Shown here: positions 12,239 to 25,429 of the stretch, piece by piece
Layout of the letters: each line of letters begins with the position of its first letter
Position numbering within the stretch: the first letter of the stretch is position 1
NCBI GenBank assembly: GCA_964304625.1
Contig: OZ199838.1
Span: 16,349,269-16,413,268 of the forward strand
Reading direction: 5' to 3'
Length of the DNA stretch: 64,000 bases
Source of the DNA: Kudoa neothunni
Taxonomy: Eukaryota > Animalia > Cnidaria
Program-made: the position numbers and the translations under genes
Notes under the pieces: model-generated
Told to the model about the DNA's origin: nothing
Database searches by the model: none
What the model saw: the letters and a program-made list of their open reading frames with translations, nothing else

Positions 12239-15222
12239 TTAATCTCTTTTCTTCTTCAATACCACGATGCCAACTATTGCAATAACCACAACCACAGCAA
12301 CGCATGCAATAATGATTCTATAAAAAGGTTAGTTCAAATATCAATATTTAAAAATGTTTACATAAGTTTAGTTTTATCCCTAAAAAATATTAAATTGGAT
12401 AAAAGCATATTATTAAGCTCACCCTGAACTACTCTTTGCTCCTACGATGTATAACATTAAATTAAATTACGAACAAATAATATACCTTGTTGTATGTCAG
12501 CACCGCCAAAAATTGTATTATCTTCAGCACTGTAAACAGTCAAATAATAGTTATTCCCATCAGGTAAATTATTTATTTTGAATTCTTTACAGGTCACGAA
12601 AGCAGCACATCTGTCCACGTTTCTTCTCATGCAAGATTTTACTACCGCATTAGACTTGACACTACTGTTACGTAACTCCCATTTGCATTTTGATTTATCG
12701 TTCATAGTGGCTGGAAGTGTTGTGGTTACAATGAAACTGTTCCCATCACGTGTAATGACGACTGATATCAATTTTGAGGAGTCAGTTGGGTTTACTTGTG
12801 GTGCACCTAATATAAGTTTCGTTTAAACATTTCTTAATAGAGACATTAATTGTAATACTTGATTCTATTATATGTTCTTTTTCTGAAGATTTTCCGATAG
12901 CTGTGACTAAAATTTTGTATGTATTTGCTGCTTCATACTCGGGAAATGTTATGGAACTGCAAAGGGGATTTGAAGAACATATGTTAATGCTGTTCGCGGC
13001 ACCATCACGTTGTGTATCTGAATTATCTGAAATTGACGATTACGCCGTTGGCATTGGACCACCATCTGCTACCATTGGCACAGCAATTCTAGCTATGTTG
13101 AGATCTGCGGAACTTAAACTGGAAGTAGGAGCTGAAGCGGGCGTTGGTACCACTGGGGCGGTGACAGGTGTCGTTACTTTCGGCACCACCGGACATGTGT
13201 AATAGTCTGTGTAATCGTTACCAGTCTTCTTTTGTACGACATAACTGCATGTTGCAGTTGGATCCACGGAATTTAATCGTGCCTTCAATGACAAACCATC
13301 CAACGTGATCTTGTGTGTTATCGTTAATGTTGTTAATACTATTAAAAATTTAAAGAGTAAATTATAACTTCAATAACCTGTTTGTATATTTGGGTAATCT
13401 TTTATGCCGTAATCCTTATGTGCGATCACTCTGATGTCATAAGGTGTGTTTGGCTCAAGATCTTCTATCGTAACTTGTTCACTGCAAATTTCTCTACACG
13501 GGATGTTGCCATTGCACTTCGCGTGGAAAAAGCTATCTAATCCAGTTGGACTTACTAAATACTCACATGAAGGTTCATCTTTCTTATCTTGAGGTAGAGT
13601 TCCGTCAATAGTTGTAAGAGAGATTGTCGTGTCTGTCTTTGTTGGTGCGGTAGTTGTAAATAATTTACTTGCTCCATGTTCTTTAAAAGTCATTATTTTT
13701 TATAATAAATATATTAAAATTTACCCGTTCTTATGAATATCTGTTCTTTAAAATCCGTTGGGATATCAGTAGTAGGTTGAAATGTGATTTCAATCATGTA
13801 GGCTGTTCCTGCTGCAAGTCTTTGAATCACCAATTTTGTTGTGCAATCAGTTTTGCATTTAGTATCGCTGGAACTATTAGTGGAACTGTTAGTGTCGCAT
13901 GTTGTCTCTGTTAGAGATCCTGGTGCGATTTTGTTTGCCAAATAATGTTTAAGAGTACATGAAGTAAATTGTGGAGTTGTTCCTTCTCTAAATGGGGCAA
14001 CATCAAAGGAAACACCATCATTAGTATAAATAGAAAGCAATCCACCGGCTGGTTCAGTAATTGCTATAGAAAATAATCAAAAATGCGTGTTAATATTCGA
14101 AGTACCAAATTTAGTTTGTTTGTAACCATCTAAACTACCTCCAGTAGCTTCTATGTCATGATGTCTAGTTTGAATCAAAATATTGTAGAATTTTTGACCC
14201 CTAACGCCGTTGAGCTCGACGTACTTACAGGGAGCATAACATTTTTTATCATTAACACCACAAACGGACGTATATGATTGACCCTCTGTTCCAGTTAAGC
14301 CATTTTTAAGACTGAATAGACATATTTCAGATGATAGGGAATTGGTGAATTTAATTCCGACTTTATCTTCAGTTTTGGCAATAATATAGAACTGGGGCTT
14401 ATAAATATCGATGTTTTTCTTCATATATTGATTGGGCATATTGTAAAAGAAACCGGGATATTTTTCGCATCTTACTTCGTAATGAGGTATCAATAAATCA
14501 AAATCTACTTTGTTTGCTGAAGTATCAGTAATACAATCTTGCCCTTTGGTGCCATCTACATATTTAATATTCTTATAATAAATTGGGCAATCTACACGTG
14601 CACATGTTTTCGTTGCGAATTTCAACTTTTTGTCGTCAGTGTCTGTAGACACGGTAATTTGTGGATTAGCCAACAACGCTAAATTCAATTTATTTTCATG
14701 TTAAATTAAATTGACTTACGTATTGAATATCCGAATACTTTTGATCCTGCTCCATTAACTGCCTCTTTAACATTAGTTACGCTAGTGCCGACGAAGACAT
14801 ATATGTATTTAGTTCTTGGTGACAGCTTTTTGTAATCAATAGTATTCGTAGTGATTTCACAGCTGACAACACATTTACAATTCCCAGCCTCGCTAATATT
14901 AGCAGTGCAAGCTTCGATGTCTACAAACGCATTTGCTGTTGTACTAGTAGTATCTGCAATTTCTGCTTCTTTAGATCTCATTAAACGACACTTTCTGCCA
15001 GTTACGTAATCAGAGCCTTCAAGACTGAGTTTAATTTTATTATCACCAGTTGATTCCTTCACAATCTGATATTTCAACGTTTTCGTTGGAGCTGTAGCTT
15101 GAGAACCTGAACTTCCATCAGCATTGGATATACCTGATATTAAGACACCTAAACTTACATTATTATTAAAATTAACCCAGAAAGATACCTAAAACAAGGT
15201 AGAGGAATCCAGATATTTTCAT
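12239..15222 (-). CDS. Type I membrane protein, ~858 codons, with six Cys-containing FN3-like modules; one in-frame TAA at 13040-13042
   Basis: Exons 15189-15222, 14720-15148, 14106-14678, 13725-14063, 13378-13680, 12859-13338, 12486-12806, 12423-12441, 12239-12317, all GT-AG. Signal peptide MKISGFLYLVLGVLISGISNA; FN3 tyrosine-corner motifs (LSPRTKY, LAAGTAY, LEPNTPY, YEAANTY, LPDGNNY); TM IIIACVAVVVVIAIVGIVVL and tail KKKRD*. Confidence 0.85.
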
Positions 15223-16202
15223 AATTGACAATTAAATGACCAACCAATTGTTGGTTCGGAATACAATTGACCCGAATTTAACTCATTTATAGATATAATA
15301 ATTCATTCATTGTCAGATAGCGAAACCTAGACTAGATAATAATTATTCAAGTTATTAAAAAATTAATCCCAACCAATTTTTTACAACCTAGCTCATATCG
15401 ATGTGGTAAATTATAATTTTTAATTGGATCAAAATTTTTCCCAATACATTTTTTTAGGGAAATATCGAAATAAAATGTTAAACTCTAGCAAAAAAATGGT
15501 AATACTATTTATTATTGGGAGTATTTATTGTTCCAATCATTTATTAAATGAATCAGTTCCTCTAGACATCAAAATTTTATGTCTTACGGAATACAGGTCC
15601 ATACTGTTTATTATACCAATGCGGAAGGATTCCGAAAATGGTTAACTATTTAATTTTTTATTGTGACCCGAATGACATCAATAATATTTCAAATCTTTCT
15701 GAAATAATTACTTTAACCTTCCTGGGACCATGCGAGGTCATTCTTGAACCTTTTTTTTGTAAATGTTTGTTTTTACCTACTTAAACTTTTCATTTTAATT
15801 TTTCAGTGTATGAAATATTAGATTAATGTGTATTGTTTAGAAATACAAAATTTCAGAGAAATTATAGTATTCTACCGCCTAAAAATTCTATTTAATGTTA
15901 CGTAGCATTGATATTTGTTATTTCACATTATTTTATACTGTTGTATTAAGTGTATTTAATTTCTATGATAAGAACAATGATCATTGCAATATATATTGTC
16001 ACGACAAAAATGAGAAATATTGTAATTTGTAACCATTATTGCTATCTATCTACCTACGCTAAGGTCTCGATATAACGTGTTTTCCCATTTTTCATTAATA
16101 TTTATTCCTGAAAATTCAAGAAAATCGATAAAACTACATCTTAAACTGTAATTAGTCTCATATAAGCCATTAATTTCATTAAACAGTTAAGATCGTCAAG
16201 AA

Positions 16203-17899
16203 TAGTGGGTCTCGTTATTGCGTGGCGTTTTTCCAGGAAATAATCCGCTTAATTCGCCAGAAAACTCAAATGGGTAGGTGTCAACCATATGCAAATGAAA
16301 GAAATAAAAATTATCCAATGTTACAAGTCTACTTAATTAATACAACTAGTAGAATCTAAGACTTCTAAGGGTTTAATTTTCCAAGTAGCTAATATCGCCC
16401 GATTCATATTGAGTCCAAATAGTTTATTCATCTCTCGATGGGATCTTTTCACTGATTGCATAAGAATTCATGTATGGAAAATATAGCGAGCTAGAAAGCT
16501 GCCTTTACAATTAGGTTGTGACCCAGCCAGAGAAGAAGAAAAATATTTCTGAATTTTTAATTAACAAATAAACTGAAAACAGTAGCCACAAACCTAAAAA
16601 TTAATGATGTATATTTCAGTAAAGATTTGTTTTTAAATTTCAAGATTAATTACCGTTTGGGAAACATTATATTGCATGTAGAGGTTGGAATTGCCGATAC
16701 AAATAACGTATATGAATAGATCTAAAAGGTTTCTGAAGCTTTTTTAGACGCGAAAACTTGTAGAAATTATTAATTTGGACAAGACTGCTCTCATTTACGA
16801 ACAGTTGTGACAGTGAACATATACCATTAAAAAATGAAATCGAGTTGAAAGCGATGAGGTTCCCGAAAATGAGAGTCACCATCTTGGTAATTGCTCGTTC
16901 AACAACGACAAATTCCTTCCATAGGTCATAGGAAAATTGAAAACGTCACCTTATTTTGGCGGTATCAATAACTTCCCAGTAAAATACATATTCCAAAAAA
17001 CGGCCAGATGTCAGCAGCTTTATTCTTTTAAATTCTTCGAAGCATTGATAAATAGTTTAACGAATAAACAAAGTTTTTCTTATTCTTGATCAATGTAAAT
17101 CTCATCCTCAATTAATAAATCAATGTAATTATATCGAAATGAACTTTCTTCCAAAGAATGTTAGTGTAACCAAATCAACAGATTTTGAGATCATCCATTA
17201 TTTGAAGTTTAACTGTAGAAAATCATTCGTTAGTCGGTTTATTTTTCAATGATTCTACGAAAATTTTCAAATATACTATCTTGGAGTGTCTTCGTATTTT
17301 GTAGGCAGCGTGGGAAATGGTGACGAGCTCATCCTCAGCTTTTGAAATGTTTTCGCGAAATATCCCATATTCAGAAATAGTACGATTAATTTAAGGGAAT
17401 ATTTTTAAACATAAATAAAGGCAAATTTAAAGTAAATATTAGTCGTACCAAGAAAGCAATAATTGATGGTATCGAATACAATTGGTGCATTTTTAATCTA
17501 TTGCTATAAAACAACGCGAATGAGGTTTCTGAATTGAAGCATGTCAAAGTTATACATGAAGAAACGTATAGTAAACCTGATACAAATGTCTCATGATCAA
17601 CAAAATGCAAAGATGATCCCGTTCTTTATTAGTAAAATAAAAAAAATTACGATATCTGACTTAAAACATTCATAAATACTATAGGATAATCATTTATATT
17701 TGAAAATCCATCTTCATCATTCCATAACCATCCTGTATGGATTCCCTATATAAAATTATACGGCCTGGAACTAAGTTAACAAAAAATCGATTATTTCTTC
17801 AATGAAAAAAAAATAATAATGCACATGATCAACCCTCGATTTTTCGTGGTAAATTGTTAGTCCCAAAAAACCTCGCTATATCGTATCGAGACCCCACTG
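16203..17899 (+). mobile_element. Decayed pogo/Tigger-family transposon
   Basis: Right TIR ...CGAGACCCCACTG|TA (17899); degenerate left TAGTGGGTCTCG (16203). 16470-16660 translates to YGKYSELESCLYN* ... LKTVATNLKINDVYFSKDLFLNFKINYRL, resembling a CENP-B-type HTH. Confidence 0.6.
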
Positions 17900-17901
17900 T
17901 A

Positions 17902-18678
17902 CCCTATTATATAAAGTAGTAGTGTCCGTGTGTGTGCACTAATCTTCTCCTCATACAGAGACTTTCTTTAATATTTGAATTTCTGAGTATATTTTAAAAA
18001 ATCTAAAATTAACTACAAAAATACAACAAAGTTGTCTACTTTCTTATAAGGTGATGAATTTGTAGTGTAAACTTTTCGTAAACAGATTAGCGCCAATAAT
18101 AATAAGATTACTTTATCATGTGATTCGTTATAATGTTCAGTGATATGCGTGTATATCTTTAATTTATATTATTTAAATACAACTGAAACTTTGAAAGTTT
18201 ACTCTTTTCTACTTTTGAACGTACTTAAGACGAATTACAACATTCGTTCGTGCGTAGGCGTGGTTTCGGTGTAAACGAAGATTAATACACGTGAATAAAT
18301 TATTTACTTTGCATGTTTTATTGAAGATAAAAAGTTTTAAATATTTTTTAAATAAACATAAAATAATTTAAGACGTTAAAATAAAATGAGAAATTGTTAA
18401 CAACCTTTTAGATTAGTTAGTTCATCGACGAGTTGATTAAAGCGATTAATACGCCACACGAGTTGTAAGAACTTATGATTTATAAACGTAAATAAAGTCC
18501 AATAATGAAGAAAGTAAAGATGATCGGTTATTTCTGTTTATTCCGATCAACACTGTCGTCAAAAGAATGATAAAATAATTATAATCGACTTTGAACTTTA
18601 AATGACCTTGGCCTACTCAAGGCTTTAGTCTGTGTGACCAGGCACGGAAACCCACGCGAAACGGGGTTTTTGTGCTAA
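17902..18678 (+). mobile_element. Degenerate Helitron-like element
   Basis: 5' CTATTATATAAAG...GTGTCCGTGTGTGTG; 3' hairpin CCCACGCGAAACGGGG followed by GCTAAT (degenerate CTAGT). Confidence 0.45.
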
Positions 18679-18702
18679 TATATATATATATATATATATA
18701 TA

Positions 18703-19935
18703 CAGTCGATGACGGGTCGTTCGTAACTTTTGGTAAGCATAGAATCGGCTAATAAGCAGTTTAATTAATTTTTTCCAAAATATTATGTAATTTTGGTATT
18801 TTTAATGTTTTTTATAATAATTGAATGCATCTCATCTTCGATATCTGTAATACATTTGTATTTATTTGTAACATGCTCGATAAGGTATTTCTTAATTTCG
18901 CCTAAATAATACGGAGCAATTTTAGAATTTATTATTTTTATTTCTTCAATTTCTAATTCATCAATATTCTCTTTGGTTTCATTTCCGATGACATCGTCTG
19001 GATATTCACAAATTCTTAAGACATTCTCATGTTTATCGGAAAGATTGTCATTTCTGATGGCCACGACACGACTTTCGATATTATTTCATTTATCTCTTTA
19101 AAAAGTATGTATTCCAAATTTCAATCATCGTTTTTATCTAAATTATCAGTAATAACAGAAATATTTTTTTACGATTAGATTTCGTCATAATAAAACAATT
19201 ATAAATAGTTGATTTAGTCATCGAATCCCGAAAATCAGCAATCAAAAAAATGCAATAAGAATATTAAAAAATACAGGTTCTGTCGAAGCTTCGATGTTAG
19301 ATTAGAAATGTGGCGTTTTATCGTATATACTTTATAGTGGAATTTAAACGAGTATATTATGCACTGATCTAGTGGTCGGAGAGCACTCGGAGTGTATTAG
19401 GGAAGAAAAATTAGTTGAATATTCCAATTTTACATGACAGCTGACTTTGTCTAAAAACAAAAAATCAATACTCTATTGATTTTTAAGTGTGTCGTATTTT
19501 CTTAGACAAAACTGCGCTTAAATGCGAGAATTATATCCTTTTTATTTAAAACAAAACAATGTGGATAAGGATGATGCATTAAAATGTTTGGTAGTTCATG
19601 ATTTTAACTCCGCTTTGACTGACTATCAAAATAATTGATTATTTTTTATTTTTTAGAAAAACATCCAACATCGTTTTGTATTTTATCTTCAATCAATATT
19701 TTATACAAAAAAATCTGGGCGTTTGTTCACCCGGAAAGTTATGAACCATACGTCAATCTATAAAAATAAGGGAAACACACCAAAATTTAATTATTAATTA
19801 TTAGACATCTAATATTTTTCCGCTTAATGTGTTTACTCTAATGTGTATTTTGAGTTAAAATTTAATAATTAATTTTCTTTATAATTTCTATTATTTACAT
19901 ATTTTCGAATGTTACGAACCACCCGTCATCGAATG
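18703..19935 (-). mobile_element. pogo/Tigger-derived non-autonomous element with near-perfect TIRs and TA target
   Basis: TA|CAGTCGATGACGGGTCGTTCGTAAC ... GTTACGAACCACCCGTCATCGAATG|TA (25-bp TIR, 2 mismatches), inserted at the end of a (TA)n run. Internal ORF 18783-19064 is acidic and ends KNTKIT*YF, like the pogo C-terminal PIP-box region. Confidence 0.8.
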
Positions 19936-20612
19936 TATAACTAGTACAAAAAGGTTTTATATTCGAAGACATAATTTGTAAGTAGTGTTTGAACTTATAT
20001 AACACCTAATTAATTCCTATCTTCAGACCATAACGTTAATATTCAAATCAATCGCAAATTTTTACTGGTCGAAAAAATTCACTCATCCTGTTTCATGATA
20101 TCCAATGAAGATCCCCATAAGATATCCAATACATACTGATACAACATAACGTTTGAAGGTCCCCATTTCTGATGAACATCAATAATCCCATTAAAAAGGT
20201 CGTATTTAAAGTTTAAAATTTTCTTTTTAAACTTTCTTACTAACAAAAAAAAATTCACTCACCGCTTAAACGAAATTCATCCTCAAAAATGCTATCATTC
20301 ACTACTCATTTCCTTAAAATATCTGTCAACAACGTTAGTTATCGCTCATTTGTAATTTTAAAAATGTATGAATTTTTTAGTATGTACAGATTTTGGTCCT
20401 TTTTGTTGACACCAAATCTCAAACTCCTTCGTTGCAAAATTCATACAACAAATATAATTTTGTTAAAAACACATTTTGACGTAGCTTAAATTTGTGGATG
20501 TCAAAACAGAAGAAAATGAGATACCTTTTGAACAACTTATCAAATTAAATTATTTTTTCAATTTTCTATCGCGATAATTTATTTTCGGACATTTAATAAA
20601 CTTTTCTTACTG

Positions 20613-20641
20613 CCTGAGCAACGCCGGGTTTTATCGCTAGT
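20613..20641 (+). mobile_element. Helitron 3' terminus
   Basis: CCTGAGCAACGCCGGG hairpin + TTTTATCG + CTAG|T; same GCAACGC core as 7809-7838. Confidence 0.6.
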
Positions 20642-22444
20642 TATAATTATTTATGGGTAATATTTTTTCAAAATCAACCCCTCTGATTTTTTTTACTTTT
20701 TATGTTACATTAATTTTATTTTTCGTTTAAATGACCATATTATTCAAGAGTTACTAATGCTAAACTCTTACATGATAATAACCTTGGCTTTATATTACAT
20801 ATTTTATGAATTTTAAGATTAAAATTATTATATTTTTGTATAGTTTCGTGGAAACTTTATATACCTTTTAAAAAAAGTAATATCAAACATCTGATATAAT
20901 AAAATTTTTACAGAAAAGATATTTCATCGTAAATTTATAAATTAATAATATACAGTAATTTTGGATATTAACTAAAAAGCATAACAAATATATTTTTACT
21001 TTACAACCATTTATCTAAAAGGTTTTACAATTTAAGTTAAAAATAAATTTCGATTTTATAACTAACTTTCCGAACCAGTTAAAAATTCTTCAACAATGAC
21101 GCCTTAAAATAAGTTACAATAAGCTTGCATAAATTAATGATTATACTCTCCGAAGAATTTTGTATAACAAAAAAATGAATTTTAAAGAGTTTTTTTTTTG
21201 AAAGTTTATCAAAATTATTATTGCAATAAACACACTAATTCCGTTCCGATGCCGCTTAGCATGTAAGCAGAGAGCGACAGACTTTTATAAAGATTCCGGT
21301 AGTTTCGCATTATTAGAAAAGGCGAAACCCTCACTTTCTATTATAAATATACTGTAGCAAAATCAGGGAAACCACAATAACAGGCATCGAAATCAATAAA
21401 CTAGTATCCTAATTATGATGTCGAATTGTAGCTTTTTAATAAACCCAAAAGCAAAAATAGAAACTCAGATATAAAAAAATAATAAAATTTAATGCATAAA
21501 ATAGAAAATAGCTGTTATAGATATATTTGAGCAATGAAATATATCTATAGAAATTTTAATCTGTCTAATCCAATTTAATTAATCACCGAGCGAAAGATGA
21601 ACTATGAGAAATGATAAAAGGGCAAAATATGGTACACGCATGGATGATAGAAATTCACAAAATACCAATGGTAACTTAAGTAATACACTCTTGAGTAGTT
21701 ATAGCGAAAGGGTGCGGTATGACAAACAAACCCGTTAATCCGATTGCTAATCTTGTCTCAAACAATGTCCACTTTATTTCAGAAAACAATTCTTATTATG
21801 TGTCAATAACAAACTTTCAATTTGATAAAAAATAATACAACATATGTGGACCAATTTAATTGAATTCAATCCATACAAAGTTCAAAACCAAAACCGAGGA
21901 TTAAGAAAAGTAATCTCTTAGAAATGTCTGAAAGCGTTTTAAAACCTTATATCGCCAAAAACATTGCTTTCCCTGAAATATAAAATTTTTCTATCAGAAA
22001 TATAAAAAAAGTTTCAACAACGGAAGTCATTAGAAAGTTACCTATAATCCCTTCCGCCATCAAACACAGATTACAGTGGAAAAAATATATTGTTGAGATT
22101 GATGAATAAAAATTTACAAATGAGATCAAATGAATCACATTAATTTTAAAAATATTTGAATCAATTATTAGTGTGAAAAACTATTGTTCAGTTAACTATA
22201 GAGTCGATTCAGGTTGTTTACACCTGAGAGCCAACTAGAAAATACTTTATTACGTGTTATACCGCACCTAATAATCTGTTCAAAGCGTATATCTGTTGGT
22301 AATCTGAGAAGAAATTGTGTGTTTGTTTGTGAGATCACTGGAATACTCAACCCTTATATTATAGTTGTGAGTTCCCTAGAGGTATCCAACAGTTGAAAGT
22401 GGTCATAACAACTAGCTTTAGTGAAAAGTCATCTTGCTAGTTCA

Positions 22445-25429
22445 ATGGATAACTTTTTCAATCTTGATATTGTGTGTAAAATTGAAAACGATCGTCTCAT
22501 AGAGGTAATCTTTATAAATCGCATCAATATGTCGGCTATTTTTTCATTTTCCAATATATGAATACTTAGAACATTACAGTGGACAGTAATGTGACTATTC
22601 GGCAGTTGAAACAAATTTTACTGGAGAGATTTCGTGATGTATCCCATTTTTATTATATTAACAATTGTCTAATGTTGATCGATTTAGTTGAAAGAAAGGT
22701 TCTGTTTTATGAACTACGGTTTTATTCTGCATCAATCTTATGAGGTGTGTGGTCATTTTATATCGGAAACAGCGTTGATTGCTTCATTGAATCCCGCCGA
22801 CTTTAACGGTCTCAATTCAGGCCTGATGGTAACACAATCACAATCATTATTGCATCCTTCTATTGATGTGTGTATTGATCTAGTTTATGTATAAACAAAG
22901 TTTTCGTAATATTTATCAAGTCAACAAAATGGCCACCACCAGGAAGAGTGTAATTAAACCTATGAAATATCCATATTAGAATTTGTCGATCTTAAATGAA
23001 TGATTTCTGCTTTTAGACGCTGACTATGAGACGATTGAACAGCAAGAAAAAGGTAAACTTACATCAACTGCTTCAACATTCTACGTTTAGTTCTATTTTG
23101 ATTTGGAAAATTGTCTGTAGGAGGATGAAAATAAACTTATTCAAGCGATCGCCAGCAACAACATCTTGTCGATTTCGGATATTCTACGTAAAGGATTGGA
23201 TCCAAACTTTAACGATAAAACGAATGAAAGTAGTTACATAACTTATTTCTATATATATATAGTTAATTTGTTTACTAGTGCCTCCAATATTTCACGCAAT
23301 ATCCTCCAAAATGCAACTACAAGAAAACATCCTCGATTTGTTGACCAACTTTGGAGCTCACATCGACTTCAGATCAATCAATGGATTGACTATTATGCAT
23401 CATGCAGTGATTTTGGGCAACTACACCACAATAACAGTAACTTTTTTAGTCAGAATGAATGATATTAATATGTAATGACTAATGCGATTGTTTATTTAGA
23501 CACTAACCAAATACGGTCCTACGTTAGATGATATGGACGATAATGTAAGCATCTGAATTGTCCTCATGAACTATTAATTATTGGTGAAAAATATTAGGGA
23601 AACCCTGCGTGGTTTCTGGCAATAAATCCAAATGTACCGTTGGAATTTTTTCGATGGATTCTTCTAACTGACCCCAACTACGGTGCGATGAACGACGACA
23701 CTCTCTCAGCGTTTCATTTGTGCTGTCGAAACAATCTTCCAACCCATTTGGAAGTACTATTGGACACAGTGTACAATAAACACTGCATGAGAGATTTCGA
23801 CCGATTGGTTAATATTCAAAACAAAAGTGGTAACACCGCATTGCACTACGGAGTTATTTATCGATCGTTTGACTGTGTGCGAATCCTAAATAACTACAAG
23901 GTCAGTCTTGTGTTGAAAAATTTTGCCGGAGAAACACCCATTGCGATTGCACAACGACTCCAAGATTTTAATATTGTGTCGTTGTTGCAAATCGGTGAGG
24001 ATGGAGTAGCTGCCCCATTGGTGAATAGCTCGAGTTTGGTGGCCTATGTGCCCCCTTCGCGACGTTCCAGTTACGCCACCAAAGCCTACAATGAAATACG
24101 CCAATTCCATCATCCAAGCGGAACGCCAACTGTGGTGATCAATGATGATCCTCACAATATTGGAATCGAATTTGGCTTCAGTCAGTGGAATCCATTCAGC
24201 AAAATTGACACCTTAAAATTCAAAAACAAAACCAAATCCTATGTAAGAGTGGCTTATCAAATGTATCCACCAGTGGTTCAAGCAGTCTCCAGTCATTGTC
24301 CTCTCTTCCATGAACAACTTCCGATTTCTCCTGGAGACATGGTTCAAGTGTTTATTACTTTCAATAGTGGGACAGCTTTCGGTCGGAGAAAACTCCCAAT
24401 CGGTTTCATATATGGATGGTTTCCCACTTCGTGTATCGGACTTGACAATCCCGAAGCTATGATCAAATTTAAGGTTAGTAGAATTCGTTTGTAGCTTATT
24501 TTTAACAATTTCTCTTAATTTTACGAATATTGGTTTAGAAAGCGTATTTCAATAAGGAAAATTTCGAACTGCTCAAAATGCTCTCAAAAACTATCTACTA
24601 TGGTCAGATACCAATGTTAAAAGAGATTGTGGTGTCCGACAGAGATTTCCATCTGGGATTGGAGTTGTCCTTTAAACGGGACAATTTTAGCACTTCTATT
24701 CTTGACCCGAAGAATCCCCTGCTTGTCACCCCTCACTACATCAAATCAATCAAAGAGAACAGTTTAGCAAGAGACTACGAGTTTCGAATTGGAGATCGAA
24801 TCCTCGCCATCAATGACGAAGATGTGTCCACCTATGATCATCCCACCGTTTCAGAAATCATAAAGAAGGTGGTTAATAGCACAAAAAAGCTGTGTGTTCC
24901 TAAACAGTGCGGAAGTTCTTTCAGTCTGAAATGGCTCAAAAAACGGAACGATGAACCCACTCGAGACAAACGCAATATCGCTATACTTGTGGGAAGATAT
25001 CATGTTCCACCGGTACCGTCACAATCGTTATCCAATCTAAGACCTACTATGACAATCAGATCGGTGTACACCGATACCGGAGGTCATTTTAATAGTGGCA
25101 CCACCAACCGCCCAACTCAAGAAAGCTCGGTTATCAACTCTTACGACTCGCCAAACGATTCAGTAGATATTTTGGAGACACTTGTGGATCGAATGAACTG
25201 TATGCCGCAAAATAATAACGGTCGTCGACGCTCCATCAACACAAGTCTACCCAACCCTATTGCTTTTACCATCTCGCCGCCTCCACCTCAACCAACTATC
25301 TCCCATCAACAATCTCCAATCAAAAAATTTAAAAACAGCTTCAAACACCAACCACTACTCAACGATAACGACGATAACATCAGTATTATGACCCCCACCT
25401 CAAACGACCTCTTCCCCGAAATCAGATAG
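22445..25429 (+). CDS. SHANK: Shank-family scaffold (SPN/FERM-f0, ankyrin repeats, SH3, PDZ, short Pro-rich tail; no SAM seen)
   Basis: Spliced motifs NVTIRQLKQIL/NYGFILHQ..GHFISE (SPN); KGLDPNF, GAHIDFRSINGLTIMHHA, QNKSGNTALH (Shank ankyrins); EQLPISPGDMVQV...GWFPTSCI (SH3); YIKSIKENSLA..FRIGDRILAINDEDV...H..V..II (PDZ). Domain order is diagnostic. Start codon tentative. Confidence 0.85.

Noticed and set aside
13040-13042. Genome-wide stop-codon reassignment
   Set aside because: TAA, TAG and TGA all terminate conserved genes here (RPL11 TAA, ATP6V1E TAG, PYROXD1 TGA), and conserved genes show no in-frame stops at aligned sense positions.
12578-13202. Plus-strand ORFs 12578-12826 and 12903-13202
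   Set aside because: Antisense shadows of the minus-strand FN3-like gene exons.
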